This document shows, piece by piece, positions 50,701 to 61,930 of a stretch of 64,000 bases of DNA (position 1 is its first letter; each line of letters starts with the position of its first letter). This DNA comes from Calditrichia bacterium. GTDB taxonomy: Bacteria; Calditrichota; Calditrichia; JAJRVZ01. The notes below the pieces were generated by a model. The model was not told where the DNA came from and did no database searches. It saw only the letters and a list, made by a program, of their open reading frames with translations. The DNA lies in contig CAVZSQ010000019.1 in the NCBI GenBank assembly GCA_963777955.1, forward strand, positions 384,001-448,000. Reading direction: 5' to 3'. A program made the position numbers and the translations under genes.

Positions 50701-53098
50701 TCACCGCACCACCCTTACACCAAAAACCCCTCCTGCCGTGTTATCAGGGTGTGCCTGAAATTTGACCGTGATTTTATTTTTGCCGCTGATCAATTCGCGC
50801 GAAAGCGGATAATTCACATCGATAAACTCCCCGGATTTATTATTTTGCAGTGATTGGGTCGCCAGGATTTGTCCATCGATCAGAATATCGAAGGTACGCT
50901 GGCCGCTATCACCGCCCCAGTAGGTACAAACCAGGATATTAGTTGTGTCCGGTAGTAATTTAAGATCAAATGAAAACCAACCCCCATCATAGGCCTGGCG
51001 ATATTTACCATCCCAGGCTTCACCGGAAGCGCTTTTGTCTCCCTGCTGATTATGATCCTGCTCGGATTGCTTATCACCAGGTTGTACAAAATCGACCGAA
51101 CGTTGATCCAGTTCATGAATCCTCGCTAATTCAGCCTTTATTTCTTCCTGTCTGGTCAGCAATTGTTCTGCAGTCAAAACTTCCCAGTAAACCGAATATC
51201 GTTTATTATGCATTTTATAAAAGGGATATAGCACCACGTCACGCGGCCGGCCAACCGCAACGGTCTGAAAAGTAACTGCTTTGTCCGGCAGAGGTTTAAT
51301 CCATTCAGACAGACTCTTCCCGGCTGTGATGAACACCGGCACATAGTTCTGTCCCTGTACAATTAAATCCTCTGCGGCGCCAAGTTCTCCGGCCAGAACC
51401 AGCGGTCCATAACAGACAGCAATCCGCTGCGGATTATCCGGCATCGATTCCAGACGCAACGACATGGGGATGGTGATTTCAATGGTATCCCCGTTTTTCC
51501 AGGTGCGTTCCACTTCGATATAACTGCCGGGGGCAGAATAAATCTTTTGAATTTTACCATTCACCAGAATAGTTATCCCCTTCTGCGCCCAGGAGGGATA
51601 ACGGAAGCGCATGGTGAGTTTGAGCGGTTTTTTAACCTGTATATTAAAATGGATTTTATCGTTTTCGGGAAAATTTGTCTGCTGTGTCAGCTCAAGACCT
51701 TTTTCTGGCCATTGCAATACCGAGGCGATGTAGAGATTAACCCACAAACCGTCATCATCGTGGAAGTAAATATTCCCGCCGTATTTAGCATGATTTTCCA
51801 TACCTGTACCGACACAGCACCAGAAACTATCGTATGGATCAGAGTACTCCTTGAATGCACCCGGTTTAAGCGGGATAAAATAGCAAAACATACCGCTGCC
51901 TGGATTTTGTGAAGCAAGAATGTGATTATAGAGCGCCCTCTCGTAATAATCGACATAGGCAACACCGGCCTGCCAGCAAAACAGATGCCGGGTCAGTTTC
52001 AACATGTTATAGGTATTGCAGGTTTCACAGGTATTATTGCTCAGGCGCTTATCCAGTTCATCCGCCTCTGCCAGGTATTCATACGAACTGTTCCCGCCGA
52101 TGACATAGGAATGATGATTGACCATTCTATCCCAGAAATATTCTGCCGCGGTCCGGTCGTTGAGGTCTCCGGTAATTTCATACCGTCTGGCCAGGCCGAT
52201 TAGTTTGGGTATATTGGTGTTGGCATGAAGCCCGGCCAGTTTATCTTCATGCCGGGTCAGCGGGTCTAGAACAAATTTATGATGAAAGCGTTTGGAGAGA
52301 TTCAGATATTTTTCCTCGCCGGTACAGGCATACAGTTCCGCTAAAACTTCATTCATACCACCATGTTCACAGGCCAGCATTTTTTGAAATTGCTCTTCGT
52401 TCAGATTTTTAGTTGTTTCTAGCGTAAAATCGGCAAGTTTGGCGGCTATGATCAAGGCTTTTTGATTATCGCAATAATGCCGGGCATCCAGCAAGCCGGC
52501 CAGTTCTTTATGCAGCGTATACCATGGTACCCAGATGCCGTTCAGATCAAATCCCTTGGCCCGGATATTTCCGGTGGAAATTTCGGCAAAAACTCTGCGA
52601 CCGTCGGGAATCGCTGCCACGTAACCATCGCCATGGGCACGCTGGCATAGTTCCAACTCATCAACAATATAATCGACCCGCTGTTTAAAAAGGCTGTCCC
52701 CGGTCGATGCGTACATCATGGCGCAGGCTGAGAGATAGTGTCCCAGTGAATGACCGGCAATCCCCTCTTTTTCCCAGCCGCCATAACCTTCTGCTTTGGG
52801 CGATAAACCCGCCTCTTTCCTGAATCCGCTCAATAAGCGATCCGCTTCCAGCAGTAATAAATAATTGGCGTCGAGTTGCTGGGCCTGTCGAAAAGGTCCC
52901 GGCAGCAGACGCACCGCACCCCAGCTCAAAAGGATAAGCCTTGAATTCAATCCGGTCAGCGATTATTACTTGTTTTTTGTTATCCGAATCTGCCGCAAGC
53001 GAATCCGTGCAGACTCCAACCAGTAAAAATGTCATAAATATGACCATGACGTTATTCAGGGCCAAAGACTTCCTGCGCGGTCTGAATGTACTATTCAT
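50701..53098 (-). CDS. GH127 beta-L-arabinofuranosidase-like protein, +1 frameshift near 52922
   Basis: Signal peptide, [44 protein letters not shown]. One extra G in a G run separates the two ORFs. Confidence 0.88.
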
Positions 53099-55097
53099 TG
53101 CGCGTCTCCGTTTGAAATAACATGTGTGCCGGAATAATCTGCTTGGTCAGAGCGGGACCGGAAATACTGACCTCCAGCACTTTACCCCCCGGTCCTTGAA
53201 AAAATCCAACTTTAAGTTCATGGAAACCGGCTTTCAGCATGATTGTACCGGACTGTTCCTGCGGGGCATGGTCTCCGTCGTTGTCGACCAGCACTTTTTT
53301 ATCAATGCACAGATCGGAGCCATCGTCTGAGTTCAAATAGAATGTATATAAACCATCAGCGGGTATCTTGAGATAGCCTTTATATTGCACTCCGAAATTT
53401 TCACCGGAATTTTCCGCCGGCAAAATAATTGTATCAACTACACCCGTACGTTTGGCGGGCAGGGATTCAAAACCAGGAATTCTGTCCCATTGCCCTTCAT
53501 AATAACCAAAGTTAATTCCGGGTTTGGGATTTTTTATCTCCAGGGCCGGTGGTAATTCGTACTTTCCGGTTAATTCCAGAACCACGACCGATTTCGGCGG
53601 CAGGTTGATTTCAATACTGTTATTATCCAACTTGAAATCTGTAAATTTTATTGGTCGAACGACATCCGGATTTTCAAACGTATTATGAGCATTCATTTCA
53701 GCGGCAGTCAGAATTTGTCCTGAAATACCTGCGGTTTTGAACCGGATTAAATCACAGGAAATCTTCTGCCGGATCCGGGGATCAATATTACATAACGAGA
53801 TATGAACTTTGCCCTGCTGGTCTAACGAAGCTGAAGCATTCACAGCCGGAAGTTTCTGGTCGTCCAGCATATAATCGGCCGTTTCGATTTTCAGCGGGAT
53901 CAGCATAGCATCCTGGTGAACTTTGAACAGGTCGAACACGTAATAGGTGGGAGTGAGGACCATCCGCTCTTCATCGGTGAGGATGACCGCCTGTAATACA
54001 TTGATCATCTGGGCAATATTGGCCATGCGCACCCGGTCACAATGATTATTGAATATATTTAAATTGCAGGCAGCCGTAACAGCATCACGCAATGTATTCT
54101 GCTGGTACAGAAAACCGGGATTGGTTCCGGGCTCGACTTTATACCAGGTACCCCATTCATCAACTATCAGGGCAATCTTTTTATTCGGATCGTATTTATC
54201 CATTACCGCGCTGTGTCCGGCAATGTATTCGTCTATTACTAAACTGCTTTTTAAAACAGCAAACCATCCTTTTTCATCAAAGTCGGTGGCGATCCTGCCG
54301 TCATTGAAAGCGTAATGATGCAAGGATAATCCCTGCATGGCACTCGCGGCATTTTTCATCAATACTTCTGTCCAGTTATAGTTGCCGTCAGAACTGCCGC
54401 AGGCAATTTTAAATATTTTATTCTGGCCATAATCGCGGCAATAGGTTCCGTAGCGGCGTAACTGGTCGGCATAGTACTCCGGCCGCATGTTTCCTCCGCA
54501 GCCCCAACTTTCGTTGCCAATACCCCAGTATTTAACACCCCACGATTTTTCCCGGCCGTTTTGTTTACGCAGATTGGTCATAGGACTGATATTATCGGAG
54601 TTGATATACTCAATCCATTGCGACAACTCCTGCACTGTACCGCTGCCGACATTACCGCAGATACACGGTTCGCAATCCAGTTGCCGGCATAATTCCAGGA
54701 ATTCATGGGTGCCGAAACTGTTATCTTCGGTCACCCCGCCCCAGTGGGTGTTGATCATACTCGGTCTATTTTCGCGCGGACCGATGCCATCCTGCCAGTG
54801 ATACTCATCGGCAAAACAACCGCCCGGCCAGCGCAGCAGCGGAATTCTTATTTTCCGGAGTGCCGCCACCACATCGTTTCTGATCCCGTTGGTGTTGGGA
54901 ATTTTGGAGTTCTCCCCGACCCAGATTCCACCATAGATGCAGTGACCAAGATGTTCGGAAAAATGACCATAAATGTTTTTGTTGATCTGGTATCTCAGAT
55001 CCGATGCATCAAATATCAATTTAGCGCTTTGAGCTCCGGCCCGAATATTCAATAACAGGAATAAACCTGATATACAAAGAAAAAGTGTTTTTTTCAT
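53091..55097 (-). CDS. GH51 alpha-L-arabinofuranosidase with C-terminal PA14 domain
   Basis: [32 protein letters not shown]14: GYLKIP..G.YTFYL.SDDGS. Confidence 0.92.
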   Translation of the reverse strand: MKKTLFLCISGLFLLLNIRAGAQSAKLIFDASDLRYQINKNIYGHFSEHLGHCIYGGIWVGENSKIPNTNGIRNDVVAALRKIRIPLLRWPGGCFADEYHWQDGIGPRENRPSMINTHWGGVTEDNSFGTHEFLELCRQLDCEPCICGNVGSGTVQELSQWIEYINSDNISPMTNLRKQNGREKSWGVKYWGIGNESWGCGGNMRPEYYADQLRRYGTYCRDYGQNKIFKIACGSSDGNYNWTEVLMKNAASAMQGLSLHHYAFNDGRIATDFDEKGWFAVLKSSLVIDEYIAGHSAVMDKYDPNKKIALIVDEWGTWYKVEPGTNPGFLYQQNTLRDAVTAACNLNIFNNHCDRVRMANIAQMINVLQAVILTDEERMVLTPTYYVFDLFKVHQDAMLIPLKIETADYMLDDQKLPAVNASASLDQQGKVHISLCNIDPRIRQKISCDLIRFKTAGISGQILTAAEMNAHNTFENPDVVRPIKFTDFKLDNNSIEINLPPKSVVVLELTGKYELPPALEIKNPKPGINFGYYEGQWDRIPGFESLPAKRTGVVDTIILPAENSGENFGVQYKGYLKIPADGLYTFYLNSDDGSDLCIDKKVLVDNDGDHAPQEQSGTIMLKAGFHELKVGFFQGPGGKVLEVSISGPALTKQIIPAHMLFQTETRNE

Positions 55098-55484
55098 CAC
55101 TACCTCCCATTCTAATTTAGTAGAGTACAATATCCATATTGTTATTCAATAATTAGGCAAAATGTATCTGCCGCACTGTTGCTCGTCGTCGTCGTAGACC
55201 TGTTATCTTGCTGTAATCTATTTTTTGCATTATACATTACTAATCCCAGTTGAACTCGACAAGATTATTATTCAGTTTCCATACTCTGGGTAATTGGTTG
55301 TTCAGCCAATCCAACGGTTCACCTGCAGGTAAGGATTGCGATGCTGTTTTAAAACACTGTCGAATAAATTTTCTGCGTTTCATATGCATACATTCCTGTT
55401 TACTGAGGAGTAATTTCTCCTGGCATATATGATTCTAATCTACCGGTCATATATCCAAACTAAATTAAAGCAAGCTGTTGTCTT

Positions 55485-55853
55485 TCAAGCAAGTGCACGA
55501 TATATTTTTTGTACTTCTTGATTGCTCGGCCAGTCACTGCGTATACTGGGAAACTTCAGGATCTCGAATATCGACAAAGCATTCAGCGATTGGGCACTGG
55601 TAATATCATCCACAGGAATCCAGGTTCTGTACTGCGGATCATTGCCTTCCTGGTAATCGATCTCCTCGTAGAATTCATAAAAATACAATTGTCCGCATTT
55701 TTTACATTTCATCAATCTCCGCATTAAATGGGACTCGTCGTAATAAATCTTTTCATTTTCTAAATCCTGTCTCAAATCTTCAGCTGTAAGATCCGTTTTA
55801 TTCCAGAGATGACATGGTGATGAAGTACTGATTTTTATATCATTCATTAACAT
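55485..55853 (-). CDS. Hypothetical protein with CxxC
   Basis: ORF with AGGA RBS; CHLW, ESH, CKKCGQLYFYEF. Confidence 0.65.
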   Translation of the reverse strand: MLMNDIKISTSSPCHLWNKTDLTAEDLRQDLENEKIYYDESHLMRRLMKCKKCGQLYFYEFYEEIDYQEGNDPQYRTWIPVDDITSAQSLNALSIFEILKFPSIRSDWPSNQEVQKIYRALA

Positions 55854-55922
55854 GTCCTGTTTTAATTAATTTATTTCGAACACCACCTGATCTATTTTTC
55901 TGCCAAAGATCCAACCCGATTT

Positions 55923-57047
55923 TTATTGCCGCAGACCCAGCTGCCGGAGCAGATCGAGACCCAGCCACAGCGCCGCGGCTCCAGCCGGGGCGATTTTCCC
56001 CGGGACCAATCCAAATTTTTCACACAATAAATCATCTGTACTATTTAGCGGAATTCGACCCGGTTGACCGCTTAGCGTAGCCCACTCTTCATTTAACTGA
56101 AATCTCAGTCCTGCTGTGTTATTTGTACGGTGGTATGAATACCAGTCATTTGATTTAATTAACAATAACAGGCAGATTTCCGGTCTTAAATTCAACAGAT
56201 TAATGGCGGTCCCGCTGAAATAAACAGCGGCCGAACCATTTTCGATAAGATGCTCAAGAAATACTAACCGTGGATCGCCGTAAAAATAGCTGAAATCTCC
56301 TTCATTTTTTTGGGGCTCGGGTCGATTGAAGAGTTCTTCCAGATATTCTCTCTTTAGATTATGAATGATAGAATATTCCTGTTCTAAAAAAACGGTCGCA
56401 GGTTGGAAAACAAATGAAGGGATTACATGAAACTGGTTCGTATCGACTGCTACCGCTGTATCCGATCTTTTCCTTAACCACAGGTAATAATCTTCACCGT
56501 CCCGGTAGCAGATTAACACAGAGATACCGATGAAAGCGCTCCGGCCGGAACCGGATTTAATCGGATCCGAACAATGCAGATGGATTTTTTCACGCAGTGG
56601 TAATCCGGCCTTGAAATCATTATAAGCAGGTTCAGAAAAATCTGTCAGAGGCTTATTAGCAAATCCTTCTAAAAGTTCCCATTCCAGAGCATAACATGTA
56701 TCCAGGGCATCGTAATAATAGCCAAGGTCGCATTGTAAAGAAACTCTGTTATCAACCTGCAGCGACCGGAAAGTAAAGGAAGGGCGGTTCTCAATTTTTT
56801 TCCCTGCCTTTTCCAATAAACGACGATAGGTTTCATCTCTGCTAATGAAATCATTCTCCTGACGATAGGTTGTGATCAACGGGACAGCAAGTGCCGATTC
56901 AGGATCATTAATTTGTGCTGGTGCTGCCGGGAATATTACCACAGGGTAAGTTTTTCCAAATCGTTCCAGCAGCGGATACTCTTTGTATCTCCAGCTCAAA
57001 AAATCATACAAAAACCGGTTTTCCAGAATATTTTGATCTTGCTGCAA
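55923..57047 (-). CDS. Hypothetical protein, possible divergent Nudix-like fold
   Basis: LRKRS..VA, FHVIP..VFQP, REYLEELF. Confidence 0.6.
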   Translation of the reverse strand: MQQDQNILENRFLYDFLSWRYKEYPLLERFGKTYPVVIFPAAPAQINDPESALAVPLITTYRQENDFISRDETYRRLLEKAGKKIENRPSFTFRSLQVDNRVSLQCDLGYYYDALDTCYALEWELLEGFANKPLTDFSEPAYNDFKAGLPLREKIHLHCSDPIKSGSGRSAFIGISVLICYRDGEDYYLWLRKRSDTAVAVDTNQFHVIPSFVFQPATVFLEQEYSIIHNLKREYLEELFNRPEPQKNEGDFSYFYGDPRLVFLEHLIENGSAAVYFSGTAINLLNLRPEICLLLLIKSNDWYSYHRTNNTAGLRFQLNEEWATLSGQPGRIPLNSTDDLLCEKFGLVPGKIAPAGAAALWLGLDLLRQLGLRQ

Positions 57048-57106
57048 TTTTGCTGCAATCCTGTATGAAAACTTTCACTAATCCTGTATATCGCCCAGGG
57101 CTTCGA

Positions 57107-57865
57107 TCACTTTTTTGCCACTACCAGCATTTCATAATCTTTGGTGGTCAGTTGCCGGTCACGGCTAAACTTGCCCATTTCCGCTCCAAGTATATCCACT
57201 TTACAGAAACCCAGTGATTTTAATAACCAGGTTATCTCTGCAGGAACATAATAACGCTCATTGCACTGTAAAGTCTTTTTATTGCCGTCATCATCGACCT
57301 GTTCGTATTCGGAATAATCTCGAAAAGTCAGCAAATCAAACGTATCGGTTTTATGAACTTCATGATCCTGATGCTGATTGATAAAATCTTTTACCGAATG
57401 GAATAAAGGAAACAAGCCGTTCAAAGTGGTAAAAATGAATATGCCGTTTTTCTTCAGGGCTCTGCCCGCATTTTTTAAAATTTCAAAATTCATTTCATCC
57501 GTTTCCATTAAGGGGAAAGCCCCCTCGCACATCATAATGGCCAGATCAAAGCGCTGGCGATATTTAAGCGAACGGGCATCGGCTTTCCTGAAGCGTACTT
57601 TCACCTGGGCCTTTTTGGCCTTCAGGCGTGCCTTGGCTAACTGCACCCGGGACAAATCGACCGCCAGAACCCGGTAACCTCTTTTAGCCAGTTCGATAGC
57701 ATGGCGACCCGTGCCACAACCGATATCAAGGATGGAAAAATTTTTATTAAATTGTATCTCTTTTTCGATAAAATCAACTTCGCCTGTAGTACCTTTAGTA
57801 AACGGTTCCTGATCATAGCTATTGGCATAATTTTCAAAAAATTCTTCATACCATTGTTTCTTCAT
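57107..57865 (-). CDS. Class I SAM-dependent methyltransferase
   Basis: ILDIGCGTGRH, VDLS, ADAR. Confidence 0.9.
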   Translation of the reverse strand: MKKQWYEEFFENYANSYDQEPFTKGTTGEVDFIEKEIQFNKNFSILDIGCGTGRHAIELAKRGYRVLAVDLSRVQLAKARLKAKKAQVKVRFRKADARSLKYRQRFDLAIMMCEGAFPLMETDEMNFEILKNAGRALKKNGIFIFTTLNGLFPLFHSVKDFINQHQDHEVHKTDTFDLLTFRDYSEYEQVDDDGNKKTLQCNERYYVPAEITWLLKSLGFCKVDILGAEMGKFSRDRQLTTKDYEMLVVAKK

Positions 57866-57869
57866 GCTC

Positions 57870-58409
57870 TCACCTTTCATCATAACCCTGGGCGACCAGC
57901 CTGGTACCGATATTTTCGTAAATACCCTGTTCTTCCGGAGTCCAGGTGCCAAGACCGTCAACATAGCGGTTGAACATACAAAAAGCCGCAGCAACCAGGA
58001 CAGTATCGTGAATGGCCTGGTCATCGGCACCGGCAGCGCGGGCACGCTCTATCTGATCTTTTGTTACGTATTTCCCCCCTTGCTGGACTGCAGCAGCAAT
58101 ATCCAACAGCGCCTGCATTTTTTCACCGAATGATTTTGTATCTGACTGCCGCAGGACTTTGTCGACCTGCCCGGCCTGATCCGGCGGCAACAATTTCCTG
58201 GCCGCGGCGCTATGAGCACGCATACAAAATTTGCACTCGTTTCTCCCTGAAACAAAAGCAGCGATGAGTTCCCGCTCTCCTTCCGTTAAAGATGATTTAC
58301 CGCGTAAAATCTGCTGAGTGAATATGTTCAGCGACTGCGCCGTATCGGTATAGGTGGATAGCAGGCTAATAATTCCGGGCGCCCCCGGTGTTACCTTTAT
58401 ATATGCCAC
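57870..58409 (-). CDS. Carboxymuconolactone decarboxylase/AhpD-like peroxidase-related protein
   Basis: ERELIAAFVS..NECKFCMRAH, FCMFNRYVDGL. Confidence 0.88.
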   Translation of the reverse strand: MAYIKVTPGAPGIISLLSTYTDTAQSLNIFTQQILRGKSSLTEGERELIAAFVSGRNECKFCMRAHSAAARKLLPPDQAGQVDKVLRQSDTKSFGEKMQALLDIAAAVQQGGKYVTKDQIERARAAGADDQAIHDTVLVAAAFCMFNRYVDGLGTWTPEEQGIYENIGTRLVAQGYDER

Positions 58410-58488
58410 TTATTGTCTCCCTTATTTTTCTATTTATAAACCAGCACTTCTTGACTGCTTGATTCTCCATTCTCTAATCTTTAATCTT

Positions 58489-58608
58489 TACTCAGTGCCC
58501 TGTTGCCGAAGTGCACCTCTGTGCCTGAGTGCCTGAGTGCCTTGCTTTGTCCCTTTGTCCCTATGTCTCTTTGTCCCTACCTAACGGTAGGTCTCCGATC
58601 TTTGTCCT
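58489..58608. repeat. 8-bp tandem repeats with a CCTAC/GTAGG unit
   Basis: gtgcctga gtgcctga gtgcct, ctttgtcc ctttgtcc ctatgtct ctttgtcc, ctacctaacggtaggtctccgatctttgtcc. Confidence 0.8.
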
Positions 58609-58616
58609 TTTTTGAT

Positions 58617-60398
58617 TTACATCAACCTGTCCCTGGCCGAGAAACGCTTGGACCGGTCATACGGTATAACGTCGAAAATCTCACCCTGGTTCAGTTTTTC
58701 GGTAATATGTTTCCAGAATTTGAGGGTGTATAAATCGCCATGAACAGATTTAAAGACCTCCTTCAGCGGTTCCGGAATACCGGAGTAGCGGTCCAGCTCA
58801 TCTACAAAAAATTCATCCTCTCTGGCCAGAATCCAATTTTCTTCAGGTTCTATTTCTTCGAGCTCGTCCCGCGGTTCCGGTTTTTCCCGGAACTTTATTT
58901 GCTCGATCGGTAGGACATCATCATAATCAAAGAGAACAACTCTGCCCCAGTGGGTAATCCCGTAATTCCAGGTATTAAACAAGTCGGAAGGAAAAACACC
59001 GCTGGCCGCCAGATCCTTCAGAAAATAACCAAAATCAATCAGCACATGCCGCAGTATTTCCGGATTTCGCTCCGATTCGAAATACATCGGCAGCGGGATA
59101 ACTTTCCGTTGTACATACAGATGCTTAATAACTACATAATCACTGCTAATGCTGACATTATTCCTGGCTGCCAGTCTGAATTCTTCCAACAGCATTGCTG
59201 AAAAGCGTTTTTTCCTGAAACGCAGATTTTCAAATTCCTGGGTATCGACCATTCTGCCGGCGCGATCATGATGCGAAACAAAATTATAACGGAAGCGTAC
59301 CTGTTCCCTGGTAATCGTTTTCAGCGTATCAATCCGGGAGCGCAGAAAACATGGCCGGTCCTTGATTACCTTGAATACAAAATCATAACTGGGCATCGTA
59401 AAACCGATCATCACCGCGCCTTCTAAACCCGGAGCGATGACGAATTGTTCCTTGGACACATGAACAAACCGGTGCAGATCGCGGTAAAATTCCGTTTTAC
59501 CGTGGCGGTTGTAGCCGAGTGAAGTATAGAGTTCTGCCAGTTGGGCGTGCGGTACAATAAAATGTAAAAAATCAATGAGCATATCATATCTTTCCACATC
59601 AACCAGGAAATAAGAATAGGCAAAACTAAAAACAATACTGGCTTCTACTTCACGTAGCAGCACCGTATCTGCATAGATCCCTTTTTCGCTATTGATCAGC
59701 GGGATAATCAGCGGAATGGAACGGGCATTGGCCACAATCCGGCCGATGATGTAGGCTTCTTTATTCCGGTAAAAAACTGCCTTGACGATATCGACATTAT
59801 AGACCTGGTTCATACCAACAACAGGCCAGAGGTATAAGTCGATTTCCCGGGCTATCCGGCAAACATCCCGTTCCAGATTCTCGTAATTTAAATTGAAGGA
59901 AAAATCTTCTAAAATATTTCTCACCAGATATCTGGTGGCGGATTCTTTTGGATAGCGGCGATATACCGCCTCAGCATCTCCCGGCTGGGATTTGCTCACT
60001 TTTGGATTGAGGTAAAAAAATTCCACTTCACGGTTGATACCCAGGGTTTTCAGTATTTTCCGGGTGACTGAATTAAAAAATGTTTCAGCGCGGTCGATAT
60101 CATATCTCTGGGCAACCAGAGTCGCGAAGCGTTGCTTGGCAGTTATCCAGAGTTGGGCTTCCCGCACCTGATCACTAAAAATAGAATCAAGTTGGCTGGT
60201 GAAGCGTTCGAGTACCTGGTCATAAAGATCCAATCGCTCGGTGGCATCGCGAAGTCCGCCCAGCCAATCTTTTTCCTCAAACTTTTGTTTGGCCCGGTAT
60301 GTTATGGCCCGGAATGCGGTATTGAAGGAATCGAAAGCGTCCAGGGTAAGTTTTGCCACCAGAGTGGCATTTTCGTCAAGTTTCACTAACTCTGGCAT
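58617..60398 (-). CDS. aceK: Isocitrate dehydrogenase kinase/phosphatase homolog (divergent)
   Basis: AETFFNSV, VFYRNK.AY, SIVFSFA.SYF, HGKTEFYR, FKVIKD, HDRAGRMVDTQEF, RVVLFDYD. Confidence 0.85.
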   Translation of the reverse strand: MPELVKLDENATLVAKLTLDAFDSFNTAFRAITYRAKQKFEEKDWLGGLRDATERLDLYDQVLERFTSQLDSIFSDQVREAQLWITAKQRFATLVAQRYDIDRAETFFNSVTRKILKTLGINREVEFFYLNPKVSKSQPGDAEAVYRRYPKESATRYLVRNILEDFSFNLNYENLERDVCRIAREIDLYLWPVVGMNQVYNVDIVKAVFYRNKEAYIIGRIVANARSIPLIIPLINSEKGIYADTVLLREVEASIVFSFAYSYFLVDVERYDMLIDFLHFIVPHAQLAELYTSLGYNRHGKTEFYRDLHRFVHVSKEQFVIAPGLEGAVMIGFTMPSYDFVFKVIKDRPCFLRSRIDTLKTITREQVRFRYNFVSHHDRAGRMVDTQEFENLRFRKKRFSAMLLEEFRLAARNNVSISSDYVVIKHLYVQRKVIPLPMYFESERNPEILRHVLIDFGYFLKDLAASGVFPSDLFNTWNYGITHWGRVVLFDYDDVLPIEQIKFREKPEPRDELEEIEPEENWILAREDEFFVDELDRYSGIPEPLKEVFKSVHGDLYTLKFWKHITEKLNQGEIFDVIPYDRSKRFSARDRLM

Positions 60399-60479
60399 AA
60401 GTTGATTTCAGTTTTAACCTAAAAATGATCCAAAAATCCGGTTTGCCTGACTATAATTTTGTACAAACTGGTATTATTA

Positions 60480-61472
60480 TTACCAGTAATGATGAACGTG
60501 CGGACGTACAAGGCGGTTATATACTTCATTAATCTTGGTCATTGTACCGGCTGAGAGTGGAGGAAGGCCTTCGGCGGCGGCAGCTTTGATATTCTCCTCC
60601 ACTTGTTGCGGGCGCTTGGCTCCCGGGATGGCGCAGGTCACCGCCGGGAACATCAATATCCAGCGCAGAGCCAGCTGGGCGAGTGTTTGTCCGGCCGGAA
60701 CCAATGGACGCAGAATTTCAACTACCTGTAAACTCAGGTCATAATCCAATCCGGAAAAGGTTTCACCACGATCGAATGCTGCACCCTGACGGTTAAAATT
60801 GCGGTGATCTTCGCTGGAAAAAGAACTTTCGCGTGTAAACTTGCCGGTCAGCATGCCGGAGGAGAGTGGTAATCTGGCCAAGATGCCCACTTTGCGGCGC
60901 AGTGCTTCTTTGAAAAATAATTCAGCCGGTCGCTGCCGGAATATATTGAAGATAATCTGTACCGACTGCACACCCGGATATTCAATAACTTTAAGCGCCT
61001 CCTCTACTTTTTCTACACTGACCCCATAATAGCGTATTTTACCTGCCTTGACCAGATCATCGAGGATACCGAACAACTCGGGGCGATAATACACTTCGGT
61101 CGGCGGGCAGTGCAATTGTAACAGGTCCAGAGTATCCGTCTGAAGGTTCTTCAGACTTCGTTCGATGAAAGAAGTCAGATTTTGCCGGTTATATCCCTCG
61201 CTGACATGCGGATCAAGCCGGCGTCCGGCCTTGGTAGTGATATAAAACGGTTCTTTACGCTCACTACGGAGTTTTGCTAACAATCTTTCGCTGTGGCCAT
61301 CACCGTACACATCGGCAGTGTCGAAGAAATTCACTCCCAGATCCAGGGCGCGATGTAATGCGGCCAGCGATTCCTTATCATCCACCGTACCCCAGGTACT
61401 GCCGATAGCCCAGGCACCAAAACTGACTGCCGACACCCGCCAACCGGTGCGTCCCAGTTCACGATATTCCAT
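60480..61472 (-). CDS. Aldo/keto reductase
   Basis: FFDTADVYG, TKAG, DLLQLH, GVS, IPGAK. Confidence 0.92.
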   Translation of the reverse strand: MEYRELGRTGWRVSAVSFGAWAIGSTWGTVDDKESLAALHRALDLGVNFFDTADVYGDGHSERLLAKLRSERKEPFYITTKAGRRLDPHVSEGYNRQNLTSFIERSLKNLQTDTLDLLQLHCPPTEVYYRPELFGILDDLVKAGKIRYYGVSVEKVEEALKVIEYPGVQSVQIIFNIFRQRPAELFFKEALRRKVGILARLPLSSGMLTGKFTRESSFSSEDHRNFNRQGAAFDRGETFSGLDYDLSLQVVEILRPLVPAGQTLAQLALRWILMFPAVTCAIPGAKRPQQVEENIKAAAAEGLPPLSAGTMTKINEVYNRLVRPHVHHYW

Positions 61473-61514
61473 AGCTGCCCCCGATTTTTCTAATAGCCCT
61501 GACGATATCACAGG

Positions 61515-61880
61515 TCATGGTATAAATGATTTTCTGAGTTCCTCCAGCCGGGTCGGCGCCCCCGGATCATCAGCAAAGATTTTCACCAGATGCTCGCAGG
61601 CGTAATCTGCACAATAGGCACAACTTTCAAGTTTTCTTTCCTGTGCACATTTCCTGATCTGGCACTTCCGGCAGGTCGAAAAAATCCTGTCCGTGGTAGT
61701 CCGGCAGCCGTCACAGTCATTAATTTCATGCGGCTGCAATTTCATCCCGTATTGTTCAGAACAGATCCGGGCAATGGAGATCCTCATCGCTTGTTGTGCA
61801 GCCACATCCTGTTCCAGGCTGGCCAGATAAATCGGACAACCGCTGCAATTCAAACCGCAATATGCTATCATATTATTCAT
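61515..61880 (-). CDS. DUF3795-like Cys-rich protein
   Basis: AYCGLNCSGC, CDGC, C.IRKCA, CAYC.DY.C. Confidence 0.8.
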   Translation of the reverse strand: MNNMIAYCGLNCSGCPIYLASLEQDVAAQQAMRISIARICSEQYGMKLQPHEINDCDGCRTTTDRIFSTCRKCQIRKCAQERKLESCAYCADYACEHLVKIFADDPGAPTRLEELRKSFIP

Positions 61881-61906
61881 AATAAGTATTATTTATTTTA
61901 CAACCT

Positions 61907-61930
61907 GGGCGCGGTGCACCGCGCCCTTAC
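61907..61930 (-). repeat. REP family B
   Basis: GTAAGGGCGCGGTGCACCGCGCCC. Confidence 0.75.
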
